Part shown: one piece after another, positions 20,528 through 32,756 of the stretch
How positions within the stretch are numbered: position 1 is the stretch's first letter
How the letters are laid out: every line of letters begins with the position of its first letter
Source: Ostrea edulis
Lineage: Eukaryota
Direction of reading: 5' to 3'
Assembly: GCF_947568905.1 (NCBI RefSeq)
Contig: NC_079172.1
Coordinates: forward strand, 43,586,001 to 43,650,000
DNA length: 64,000 nt
Notes under the pieces: model-generated
The model's input: only the letters and a program-made list of their open reading frames with translations
What the model was told of the DNA's origin: nothing
Database searches by the model: none
Position numbers and translations under genes: made by a program

Positions 20528-23500
20528 TTTATTTTTTTAGTCCTCTTCGTGCTGGTGTGCACATAAGGCTTCCACTAGAGACCTCCAGTATGCTCTGTCT
20601 TGAGACCAAGTCTTTATTTGTCCCCAAGTCCATCCTTGTTCCTTCATCTCTCTTTCTACTGTTCTCCTCCATGTCTCTTTTGGGCGACCTCTTTTTCTCT
20701 TCCCTGCTGGTGTCCATCTTAGAGCAACATGTGGGATCGATGTGGGATCGATTCTCAAAATATGGCCTAGCCAGCGCCACCTCCTCTTCTTAATTTCCTC
20801 TGATACTGCTGTTGTTTTAGTTTTGTTGTACATTTCTCTGTTTGATATTCTATTTGGCCAAAAAACTTTTAGAATTCTTCTTAAACATCTCCTCTGGAAA
20901 ACATCAAGTTTATTGCAGATGGTTTTTGTGACTTTCCAGGATTCTGAACCATATAAAAGAACTGAAATTACATTGCTTTTGAAGATCTTGATTTTCGTGT
21001 TAAGTTTGATTTTTGAGGCGTTCCAGATTTTCTTTAAACTTGCAAAGGCTCCTCTGGCTTTGGATAGACGGTGGTCAACATCGATTTCTGAGTTTCCATC
21101 TTTTGTAATTTTACTTCCCAAATAAATGAAGTCATTTACATCTCCACTGTCTGGTTGTCAATCAAAATAGGATCTTCTCTTTCCGTGTTTATTCTTATTA
21201 CTTTGGTTTTAGCAGTATTTATGTAAAGACCAAGTTGTTTTCCTGTTTCTTCCAGTATGTTCGTTTTAGCTTGTATATCAATTAGGCGCTGAGAAAGAAG
21301 GACAATATCGTCAGCAAAGTCAAGGTCTTCCAAACGTTCCGTGAATGTCCATTCTAGGCCCCTGTTCGTGTCTTTTGTAATTTCCTTCATAAGTCAGTCC
21401 ACACACATGGAGAAGAGAAGCGGTGACAGAAGACAACCTTGTTTAACTCCTGTTCTAATTTCTAGTTCAGGTGAAAGTTCAGTACCACAAATGACTTTTG
21501 CTCTAAAATCTGAATATAAAACTTTGATGATGCTAATAATTTTAGATGGGATTCCATAATGAGACAAAATTTTCCATAATGAATTTCTATCTATGCTATC
21601 GGATGCTTTCTGGAAGTCAATAAAATTGGCATAAAGTGTGTTGGTTCACTCATTGCTTTGCTCAATTATCTGCCTTAGAGAAAATATCTGGTCACTACAA
21701 GATTTTCTTTTTCTAAAACCAGCTTGATTTTTCCGTAAACAGGTATCTACTTCCCTGGTTATTCTATTGAAAACATTTCTACTAAGGACTTTGCTGGTAA
21801 CAGAAAGCAGCATAATTCCTCTCCAGTTATTACAATCAAATAAGTCGCCTTTCTTTGGTAGTTTGGTTATAAGCCCCATCTTCCAATCATCAGGTGTTTC
21901 TTCTGTAATCCAAATATTTTCTAGTATACAAGTAAGTGTAGATGGTAAGATATTTGCTTCACATTTTAATAACTCAGCTTGAATTCCATCTTGCCCTGGT
22001 GCTTTACCATTTTTTAGAGCTTTTATAGCAGCCTGAACTTCTTGAATAGGTGATTCGATGTTAATATCTAGAAATTCTGTGGCAGGTTGAATAATGGCCG
22101 CAACTGCGGGACTGCCTTTGTTTAACACATTCTCAAAATGATCTTTCCATCTTTTCAGTTTCTCTTCATCTCCTGCAATTATTTGTCCAAGTTCATTCTT
22201 TACTGCTGTTTCACAGTTGGTAAACCTTCCAGTAAGCATTTTTGTGATTCTATATAGCTTTCCAAGATCTTGACTTGCAGCTGCCATTTCAGCTTCATCT
22301 GCTAAATTTTCTATGTAAGCTTGTTTGTCTCTCTTTGTGCTTTTCTTTACCTCCTTATCTAAAGATCTATATCTGTTTTCTAGTTGGTCTTTAATTCTTT
22401 CTGACTTTGTTTGAATCAGCCTTTTCTTAACATCCTTCCGTTCATCTATAACTTTCCAGGTGTTCTTAGAAATCCATTCTTCTGATTTCTTCCTTTTGGG
22501 TCCCAAGATCTTATCTCCCACTTCATAGACTGTTTTATTAAAGTCATGTATGCTCATTTCTTGTTCATCGTTAAGCACACTAAATTTGTTCCTCAGCTCC
22601 ATTTGAAAGTTTCTTTGGATAGATGGTTCTTTTAATTTATCAACATCAAGTCTTAACTTTCTTTCTGTTTTCTTTCTTACTTTTCGGAGTTTGAGTTTTA
22701 TCTTCGCAATAACTAGAGAATGGTCACTGCCAATGTTTGCTCCTCTTTTGACTCTCACATCTTGCAAAGAGCCTCTCCATCTTCTATTGATGATAATGTG
22801 GTCGATATGATTGTTGGTATGACCATCTGGAGATGTTCATGTTTGTTTATGTATATCTCTATGCTTGAATATAGTCCCTCCAATGACAAGACTGTTTTCT
22901 TCACACAGCTCGACAAGTCTCTCTCCATTATTGTTTGTCTCTCCTATTCCATGCATTCCCATTGTTGCCTCCTTTCCAATGTTTTCATTACCAACTTTTG
23001 CATTAAGGTTGCCAAGAACAACTAAAATATCGTGTCTTGGTGTTGTTTCAATGAGTTCTTGCAATTTCTCATAAAAGATGTTTTTGTATTCCTCCTCTGC
23101 TACTTCTGTTGGTGCATAGCATGTTATAACTGATAATTTAGCATATGTGGAATAGAACCTAGCTGTCAGAAATCTTTCATTAATTGGTTTCCATTCTATT
23201 AGAGTTTTCCTGATGTCATTGGTCATAATCAGGGCTACACCTCTGTCATGATAGTCATCTTGTCTTCCAGAGAAAGCAATGTGATGCTTCGAGGCGAGTT
23301 GTCTTATTCCGCTACCTGTCCATCTTGTTTCACTAACTGCTAGTAGATTGATGTTATAGGTCTCCATTTCTCTTACAACTTGTGCTAGTCTACCAGTTTG
23401 GTAGAGTGTTCTTACATTCCAGCAACCAAGCTGGACGGTGGTTTTGGGTCCAAGAATCTTTCCACTTAGGCTGTCAGCTCCTGCTATGGTTTGGCTGACA

Positions 23501-23940
23501 TCCGTCCTACGTCCAGGGTTTTGGATTGGTCTGACCCTTGTTTCCGCATTACTGTTATCTCTAGTTTCCGTTTCTGTAATCTAATCTTTTAACAGGAGTA
23601 GGTGATTAGCCTTCTGCCCAACCTCGTACGTGGAGGGTCGGGTTTTTCTGTTGGGGTTTTCCATCCCTTAGATAATTGCTTGCCCCAGCTAACGAAATAC
23701 ATCTTTCCGGGTTTTGTATCAAAGTTTTCCTTCTCCTAGGTGGATGTCAGAAGTGACTTACAGTTTCCACCAACTGGGTTTTAAATCAGAGTTTTCCTTT
23801 TCTTAGATGAGCTGCCTTCCCAGGCTACCGAGTCCCATCTACCCGACACCCTTGCAGTTCAGCCTGGGTCCGAATGGTGCCGAGTTCCCGTCCGCTACCA
23901 CGGGGAGGTACTGCATAGGATTTGTTGTAGAGAGGCTATG
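20528..23940 (-). mobile_element. Near full-length RTE-clade LINE (APE + RT), inactivated
   Basis: WNVRTL, SETRW.GSG, YAPT and G(D>N)LNAK EN motifs; KGDLFDCNNWRGI, GVKQGCLLSP and DFADD RT motifs; RTE C-terminus RWRWLGH..R. Three in-frame TGA stops and one frameshift near 21140; short A-tail. Confidence 0.92.
23853..23936 (-). ncRNA. Candidate HDV-like ribozyme in the RTE 5' UTR (P1 degenerate)
   Basis: Minus strand gives P2 UGCAGU/ACUGCA, P3 ACC/GGU, L3 UCCCCGU, GGG for P1.1, and J4/2 GCUGA with the catalytic-position C. Confidence 0.6.
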
Positions 23941-24492
23941 TACTGGCAAAAGAAGACTGACTTATTTTGCTTCCTCCTGTCACATTTCTGCTAGCCAGCG
24001 GCAGTGTTGCAAGTGAGAGATGACAGGCACACAGACACAACAGACACCACACTAGACGCATCACACAACATTTAGCAGACACACAGTATTTGATAGTTTG
24101 TATTTTTCTCTATCTTTCAGAAAGTTTGTTTAATTCCATCACCTATATGACATAAATTTAGAGATAGGAAGGGTTATTACACCATTGGAAGGTCTCAGAT
24201 TATACCTCTACAGCCCCATACTGTATTGTTAGTCCAAAAGAACCCCAAACTAGCCTCGATACTGACTCTTTAAAATTATTTGTTATTTACCTTCAATATT
24301 AACATACAAGTAAAATTAGGAACGTGCAGGTGAGACCAATTGTCCTCAATAGTCGATTCAAATCCTTTTAGGGATTATATCTACATCTTTATCGATCTCT
24401 TGATCTGTTCAGTTTCATTTGATCACACCATTTTCAACAATCATAAAGGTCATAAAGTGACCCAATACACGGGCATCCCCAGGTGGCACCCC

Positions 24493-25149
24493 TAAAGTCT
24501 CAATATACCTGGCGAATTGCCAATACGAAGCTAAAGTGACCAGGGTTAAAATGTAAATATGTTAAAAGAGTATTTTATAGAATTTAAATAGTTTCATTGT
24601 TATTGATATCTGTATTAATATAGGGAGGTGACCATTCTACATTGATCCAGTGCCTTTTTATGGGATTCGAAACTGTGACTGTGAGATGTATGAGAGTTTG
24701 ACTTCTAGGCGGGCAATTCTACTTTCACTTTAAACGGTAAGTTGAAAAGAGCATGCTGCATCTTTGATGTAAAATATCTCGAAAAGGAATCAAGGACCCT
24801 ATTGCAAATTTGGCCTTGTTGGAAAGGTTAGGAATTTTGCTGAAAGTTGATATCTGTCATTATACTGGGAAAATTTTTGTTTTTGAATTAGGATGGGTTG
24901 AAAATGGGTATATTTTCCTCATTTTTGTTGCTTTTTTACTTCCAGGATGGCAGGTGCCTGAGTGTATCTCGACCCATTTCCAGGCTAGCATCAGATGTCA
25001 TGATGGACCTTTAAAATCTTTCACATGTGTACTTTCAAGAACCATATACATTATTTTTGAAAATTGGTTGCCATGGTAATAAAATCTGAAAATTAAAACA
25101 TGGGCTTCTGAAGGCGAATTTTCCTCCATTTCCTGGTAGTTTGTGACCT
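24493..25149 (+). repeat. 657-bp segment, copy 1 (TIR-like ends, Kolobok-like)
   Basis: Appears identical to 26730-27386 by eye and by identical ORF translations at offset 2237. Confidence 0.85.
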
Positions 25150-25378
25150 TAAGCACAAATCAGCTTGAAACTTGAATTTTCCAGGCAAGAATTTTTTTGT
25201 TTATTGTGTTTAAATATGATGTTTATGCTTGAAATATGAAGTTTATACTTAATATTATTGATTTCATTGAAATTGAAGGTCATCGATTAGTAAATATGTC
25301 AGAAGTATTCTTAGCAATTGGTCGAGTGTGAGTGCAAGACATTTCTCCTCAGCCATAAATTTTCTATGAAAGTTTTTT

Positions 25379-25772
25379 NNNNNNNNNNNNNNNNNNNNNN
25401 NNNNNNNNNNNNNNNNNNNNNNNNNNNNNNNNNNNNNNNNNNNNNNNNNNNNNNNNNNNNNNNNNNNNNNNNNNNNNNNNNNNNNNNNNNNNNNNNNNNN
25501 NNNNNNNNNNNNNNNNNNNNNNNNNNNNNNNNNNNNNNNNNNNNNNNNNNNNNNNNNNNNNTGCGTGCGTGCATGCATGCATGCATGCATGTGTACGTGT
25601 CTGTCTGTGTGTCTATGTGTTTGTCNNNNNNNNNNNNNNNNNNNNNNNNNNNNNNNNNNNNNNNNNNNNNNNNNNNNNNNNNNNNNNNNNNNNNNNNNNN
25701 NNNNNNNNNNNNNNNNNNNNNNNNNNNNNNNNNNNNNNNNNNNNNNNNNNNNNNNNNNNNNNNNNNNNNNNN
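25379..25772. other. Two assembly gaps (25379-25561, 25626-25772) flanked by simple repeats
   Basis: N runs. Confidence 0.99.
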
Positions 25773-26729
25773 CTGTCTATACCCGTTCTATGTGTGTGTT
25801 TATCAGTGAGTGTGTGTGTCTGTCTGTGTGTGTTTGTCTATGTATGTGTTGTGTGTATCTGTCTGTGTGTCTGTCAGGTAGTCATAGAGAAACAGATAAA
25901 GCTTCAGAATATAAATTTCAATTTTATTGAATTCACTGTATATTGCATAAGGATCACTAACATAGGTGTGATACACTGTACATCTACTGGAGTACACCGA
26001 CTTTTCAGAAACTTTTTGATATGTCATCCATACGCAGCCTGGCATGAAACCGCTTCTGTTTGTCTATTTGAATTACAACAGTGGATCTACATAGGCTAGC
26101 TTAACTATGACATCATAATATAACACGTAATGTGATGTCATAATAGAGTAATGACATCAGCTTTTTTTTTTTTTTTTTTTTCTTTTTTTTTTGGCTAGAG
26201 TTATCTTCCTTGACAAATATTCTTCTTCATACAAAGGTCTCTTATTTTGACTTACGTTTATTAGATAAAAGCATGATATCAGGGTCATTTATTAAAAATG
26301 TGACGGTTTAGACGAACCAATTTTTAGGGCAAATTTCTCATTGAAATAAGTTTTTTTGAACTTGAAAAAACAAAAAACAGACTCTCCAGGATTGCTCAAG
26401 TTAACATCCTTACTGGCCATTTCAGGGTTTTTTTCCCCTACAATTCCTTTTATTTCACATCAAATTTCCTTTACATACAATTCTAGTCTTTATTTGGAAT
26501 CAAAATCACATGTATTTCACTCAGTTCTGGGTCTTTTATTCTATTTTCAACTTTACCAAGGGGAATAACTCTGCTGGAAACAGTGATGGGAAGAGGGCAG
26601 TTTTTGTTCACTCATTTCAAGATATAATTAACAATAACTCCCCATGTATGATACATCATTTTATTCGGAAAAACTTAAATTTTTAAACAGTATAGGTATT
26701 TCATGATGTCGTAGAATTTCCGCAGTCTT

Positions 26730-27386
26730 TAAAGTCTCAATATACCTGGCGAATTGCCAATACGAAGCTAAAGTGACCAGGGTTAAAATGTAAATATGTT
26801 AAAAGAGTATTTTATAGAATTTAAATAGTTTCATTGTTATTGATATCTGTATTAATATAGGGAGGTGACCATTCTACATTGATCCAGTGCCTTTTTATGG
26901 GATTCGAAACTGTGACTGTGAGATGTATGAGAGTTTGACTTCTAGGCGGGCAATTCTACTTTCACTTTAAACGGTAAGTTGAAAAGAGCATGCTGCATCT
27001 TTGATGTAAAATATCTCGAAAAGGAATCAAGGACCCTATTGCAAATTTGGCCTTGTTGGAAAGGTTAGGAATTTTGCTGAAAGTTGATATCTGTCATTAT
27101 ACTGGGAAAATTTTTGTTTTTGAATTAGGATGGGTTGAAAATGGGTATATTTTCCTCATTTTTGTTGCTTTTTTACTTCCAGGATGGCAGGTGCCTGAGT
27201 GTATCTCGACCCATTTCCAGGCTAGCATCAGATGTCATGATGGACCTTTAAAATCTTTCACATGTGTACTTTCAAGAACCATATACATTATTTTTGAAAA
27301 TTGGTTGCCATGGTAATAAAATCTGAAAATTAAAACATGGGCTTCTGAAGGCGAATTTTCCTCCATTTCCTGGTAGTTTGTGACCT
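26730..27386 (+). repeat. 657-bp segment, copy 2
   Basis: See 24493-25149. Confidence 0.85.
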
Positions 27387-27824
27387 AAAGCCCAAATGTG
27401 AGGAAGGGAAATAATAGTTCAAAGTTGCTTTGATACTCTTTTCGTGGACTCTTCAAAGATTAAAAAGCTATCCACGTTCAATGTTTATGCTTTACGATGC
27501 ATAATAGTGGTCTTCCATTCAAACTGTTCATGCGAGTTAAATTGTTCTATAAGTTTTTAACAATAAAAATTAAGAATCCGAGTACTAAAAATGATTCATT
27601 TTTGGTCGTATATTTGCTGATTTTGAACATTTTGCGTACTCTCAGTACTTTGATGAATTTCATTATTTGCTGCTATGGGCGTATTCGCTGCTGGTTAGTG
27701 GCTTGAACTTCAGTCTAGTTATTAAATCAAACAATTATATCAAATACAACTGCATTATGATGCAAATAATTAATTATCGTAAACCATATATCCTTGCATT
27801 AATAGATTTGTAACAGGAAGGGAG

Positions 27825-28160
27825 AAAATGCAAAGGGCCCCTGAATCTCTAGTCAGGTGCTCTACCAACTGAGCTATCTGGCCACCGGAGAGCGAACCCG
27901 GCTGACCGCTTCACTCCTCCCTCCTTAAATGTCTTAACATCCCATGATATTTATCCCCAGGGGCTGGTCTACGGCACCAAATGTAATATAGAAGAAAGGA
28001 GAAAATCTGTGGCTGAACCGGGAATCGAACCCTGCATTACTCGTCAGGCGCTCTAACCACTGACCTACCCAGGCCAATATTCACAGTCCGTATAGCCCTA
28101 ATTACGACATTCCTCCCTCCTTAATTTGTCTTCGCCCTCGAAGACACACAACCCAGATTC
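27825..28160 (-). mobile_element. Tandem tRNA-derived SINE-like units (about 190-bp period)
   Basis: Minus strand ggccagatagctcagttggtagagcacctgactagag (A-box-like) and ggttcgattcccggttcagcc (B-box-like); no complete cloverleaf. Confidence 0.6.
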
Positions 28161-29644
28161 TTTCTCTTTTTTTGGTGCCCCTGACAGGAGTTTCATCTGC
28201 AAATCTCATGTGAACCTGGAACAGATTTATGCATCAGGTCAAATTACGTCGTTCAAATCTTACTTACAGTAATCTTTTGTCTATTCCTATTCCAGTAACT
28301 AATAGAATGCTTTCTTTGGTTTGTTAAATGGGACATGAAGGTCGCAAACATTGCAGAAAAATGCGTAACGCGCGTTATTGATCAGTATTATCTCCCAGAG
28401 TTGTAGCAATAAAGACCTACAATACTGACACAAACAACAATACATGGGGGGTTGTGATTTAAATGTTCTACTCATAAAAGAAAACAAAAATGTGTCAAAA
28501 ACTAATAAGTGCTGCTATAATACCGTAAATCTCAGTCGGTCTTTAAATTCAGGTTTCGGTTTCGATGTATTTGTTAGTATGGTCAGCGAAAAAGGTAACA
28601 AATACATGAACAATGAATTAAAAAAAAATGAAGAGGTAAAATACTCAACAGATTCAAATGCAAAACGAACTGTCACGGTTGCAAAAGAAGCGGTGATCAA
28701 TGCAAACATTCGGAGCGCGCACTTTTTGTACTAAAAATGAAATATAATAAATTTAAAAAACAACAACAATCGACTCGAACAATTTCAATCGTTTCTAACA
28801 TGTTTAAAGTAGTGCGCTGATCCTTCATAGCAAGCGGTAATACTGAGATGTGGTTGCCATCTTTTTAGCGGGAGGAGGGTTGTCAATCCCTTGGTAAGAA
28901 CAACCCAGCTCTCTTAAAATGACCATATGAACATTATGGACCAATGCTCCTTAGGGGTAAGGTTGGAGAGTTCAAATACCTTCACGACACATCCTGCATC
29001 TCTACCAGATTAAATGTTGTATAAAAACGTTAAAGATTGATTGGGTTCGGGATTGGTCATTTTGGTGTCGAACATTTTTGTTGTAAAATTGTGATTTACT
29101 ATTTCAATGACGGGAAAAAATAAAGTTTATAAACTTTTGTATTTAATATTTGTTTTAGAAACATTAAAGCAAAATTACATTACAATGTATTTCTGCCCAT
29201 ACAAAAATTATTTCTATACAATGCTATACATTCATAAATTGAGTTTTAATTTTATCAATGACTATGGTTAAAGTTACATACAAAACTATCATAATAGCAC
29301 ATTTCTACAACAAAATAAAATTGTCTGATTTAGAGTGAATATTACAGGAACTTGTGCCATTCATTTTCAAACTGAAAGAGAAAATGTAGCACTTCATATT
29401 TTTCTTTCAAGTAATCAGGGTTTATAGTTTTTACTTTCTCTTTATCAAACGCTTCTTTCTAATCATTTTCATCAATTATCATTTCCTTACTTTACAATGA
29501 GGGGTAGGCGACTTTGCTCTCAGTTTATCTATTTCTTCTTTTGGTAACATATCTAAAGTTTATTCTAAAAGCAAGGTAAATGGTTTGTACGTATGCAATG
29601 TGCAAGTTTTAAATGTATATGCTCCTCACGAAAATGTTAACAGC

Positions 29645-30882
29645 TGTGAAGGAGAAATTCAAACTTACTGTGCGACTACATATGCCAGAAGTGGTGTTAA
29701 TCAAATGTGGATTCTAAAAAATTCTAAAGAACTTTTAGTAAACTTGAAATCACAGAATTTTTCCCAAATCAATAGCATTAAAACCTATGACTTTTCAACA
29801 CTATACACGACCATTCCTCACGATAAATTAAAGACTAGACTTTTTGACATCATAGACAGTTGCTTCTTCAACAAAAACGGAAAACGGAAATATTCATATC
29901 TAGTGATCAGTCATTCAAAAACTTACTTTGTTAAACACCACTCTGATTCCACGCACAAGTACTCTGAAGTTGAAATAAAAAATATGCTAGAGTTCCTCAT
30001 TGACAATATCTTCGTGGTCTTTGGTGATCAGGTCTTCCAACAGTCTGTTGGAATTCCCATGGGCACGAATTGTGCTCCTTTGTTAGCTGACCTGTTTTTA
30101 TATTCATATGAAGCAGAATTTATTCAAAAACTTCTACGTGAGAAGAACAAATCTCTCGCTGTGACCTTCAATTCGACTTTTAGATATATCGATGACGTTT
30201 TGTCTATTAACAATGATAGCTTTCATTCATACGTCGATTTGATATATCCCTGTGAGCTCGAAATAAAGGACACCACAGAGTCGTCCACTTCTGCTTCATA
30301 CTTAGATATTTTATTGAAAGTAGACATTAACGGCAAACTAACAACTCAACTGTATGACAAACGGGATGATTTCCGCTTCTCCATCGTCAACTTCCCACAT
30401 TTATGTAGCAATATTCCATTATCACCTGCATATGGTGTTTATATATCTCAACTGATTCGATATGTAAGAGCTTGTTCTGGGTATAGTCAGTTTTTAAATC
30501 GAGGTAAGCTACTGACAAACAAGTTGATGGTACAGGGATTTCAACAGTCTCGATTGAAGTCAGCATTTCGCAAATTATATGGTTGTTATAACGATCTAGT
30601 TCGTCAATACAACCTCGCATTGGTTCAAATGCTGTCTGACGTGTTTCATACCGATTGTTAAGCCGTTCTTGGCACACTGATTTTGACTGCGGATAACTCC
30701 ATTTACCTGATCAGGATATGGGGCTCACGGCGGGTGTGACCGGTCAACAGGGGATGCTTACTCCTCCTAGGCACCTGATCCCACCTCTGGTGTGTCCAGG
30801 GGTCCGTGTTTGCCCAACTATATATTTTGTATTGCTTGTAGGAGTTATGAGATTGATCACTGTTCGTTATCTTCACCTTGCA
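29645..30882 (+). mobile_element. 5'-truncated Penelope-like element (Naiad-type) with open RT
   Basis: ORF 29585-30661: QMWILKNSK, YDFSTLYT, GIPMGTNCAPLLADLFLY, FRYIDD. Stop directly after the thumb with no C-terminal GIY-YIG, then a 220-nt conserved 3' end. Confidence 0.88.
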
Positions 30883-31064
30883 TATTGATTGATGTCTTCA
30901 ATTTCAAAACTTTAGGAACAACTCCGTTTTAGTTCTGTATTTGTTCTTTACATACTGTTTTTCAAATGCCTTTAAGTCAAAAGTTAAAGGAATGAGTCAA
31001 TTGCATTGGACCGGATTGTCTGGATACCGAATTAATAGAGCTACACTCCATCAAACATTTTGTA

Positions 31065-31394
31065 TGATAGGTGAAAATAAACGAACAGTCATCAATCTCA
31101 TAACTCGTGTAAGCAATACAAAATAGAGAGTTGGGCAAACACGGACCCCTGGGCATACCAGAGATGGGATCAAGTGCCTAGGAGGAGTAAGCACGCCCTG
31201 TCGACCGGTCACACCCACCGTGAGCCTTATATCTTAATCAGGTAAACGTAGTCAAAATCAGTGTGCCACGAACGGTCTAACAATCGGTATGAAACACGTC
31301 GGACAGCATTTGACCCATTGATAGGTTGTATTTGCAAACTAGATCGTTATAACGACCATATAATTTGCGAAATGCTGATTTTAAACGAGACTGT
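31065..31394 (-). mobile_element. PLE 3' fragment, tail-to-tail with 29645-30882
   Basis: Reverse complement of about 30540-30882. Confidence 0.85.
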
Positions 31395-31419
31395 ATACCA
31401 TTAATCATGAAGAAATCAT

Positions 31420-31517
31420 TAATTAAATTGTTGTGCGCATCAAATCAATTGATGATATCTTTAAATAATTAAAGATATCTTCAGTTATTTGAGTTTGTGC
31501 TAATTTGGCGCTCCATA
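31420..31517 (-). mobile_element. Terminal fragment of the IS3EU-like family
   Basis: Ends TTTGAGTTTGTGCTAATTTGGCGCTCCATA. Confidence 0.6.
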
Positions 31518-32377
31518 GTTGTTTATATGCTGCAAGTCTTCGACAGCCCTATGTATAAATTTCATGCACTGTGGCATTTAAAATACATGCATACACTTGA
31601 AATCCGATGCACACATAGTTTAAAAGAATCTCGCTGGAAACAGGTAAATAGAACAATGCTTTACTTTTTAAGAATTCTTGCAGTTTAAAACACTATTTAT
31701 GCAATGAATTATTAGTAGCATTGGTTTGCCTAATTTGGAAATTCATGCTGCATTATCAATATAATTGCACATTGAAATGAACTTTATAAGAACCTCTACT
31801 CATGGTAAGGTGAGGTCTGTGGTGCATTTGGTCGAAATCTTGGTCGAGTATGTGCCTTCACTTTATTTTCGTTTCAGAAAATATAAAATAAAAGTGCATT
31901 TTGAAACCAAAGCCAGATTTCTTCGATTTCTTTTGTGCATTTTCAGGGAAAATGTATAACTTTATTGACATGAAGTACTGAAATCAATAATGCATATTGG
32001 ATACTGCGACGAAAGTTGACTGGTTCCGGTGCGATAGCTATCTAGTACACGCAGACTCATCGAGTTATACATAATCATGTTTTATTTAATCTACATGTAA
32101 TTAAAATCAGATGTAAGATCCGCTCACGTACTCGCTACATTTGTGTAGCGAGTATGTGAGCGGATCTAACATCTAATTTTAATTGGATTGTGTTTTATTC
32201 AGAGAAATGTGGGCTACATTACAATAAATCAGGAAATTCCATACAAGTACAGGAAAATTTAAAATGTTTCATTAACTTGATAAATACATATCTTAATTGA
32301 TATGACATTGTCATTTCGCTTCTGTATTGAAACAGTACGTATAATATGGGCTAACATGTGCAATGCATTAACAATTT

Positions 32378-32686
32378 GCTACCGCATGTGGAAGCTCGGG
32401 GTTCGAATTCCGGCCGCAACAGACCTAAGTCATTAAAACAGTTGGTGACAGTTCCATCGCTAAACGCTCGGCATAAGGTGTGAATGTCACGGGTCCTTGG
32501 AGATGACCTTAAAACGGATGTCCCGTGTCAGTAGGTGTGGCACGCTAAAGAACCCTCACTGTTCAATAGTCGTAAGCGCCGAGGATAGGTCTAAATTTGA
32601 AGTCCTTCACCGGTATTGGTGACGTCTCCACATGAGTGAAAAATTCTCGGGAGGGACGTTAAGCAAGATACAATCAATCAATCAAT
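32378..32686 (+). mobile_element. tRNA-headed Meta-domain SINE
   Basis: B-box GGTTCGAATTCC, central CCCGTGTC..GTGTGGCACG.TAAAGA block, (CAAT)n tail, 12-bp TSD CATTAACAATTT (32366-32377, 32687-32698). Confidence 0.8.
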
Positions 32687-32756
32687 CATTAACAATTTCC
32701 TAGAAATAAAATCACTTTGACAATATACAGACATTGCCTTTATTTCAGATCGAAAC

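Noticed and set aside
20537-23367. All three in-frame stops in the RTE ORF are TGA at expected Trp positions (about 22837, 21646 and 21395), suggesting recoding or deaminase editing
   Set aside because: A frameshift near 21140 and other lesions show ordinary decay. TGG-to-stop is a common single transition, and most Trp codons are intact.
24810-25079. Duplicated 89-aa ORF (also 27047-27316)
   Set aside because: It has a non-ATG start and no recognisable motif, and lies inside the duplicated repeat.
27825-28080. Possible tRNA genes
   Set aside because: Only partial arms are present, in a tandem SINE-like context, with no full cloverleaf.
29585-30882. Selenoprotein/SECIS or hammerhead in the Naiad-type element
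   Set aside because: There is no in-frame TGA in the open RT and no convincing AUGA/AA/GA or CUGANGA/GAAA arrangement in the 3' end.
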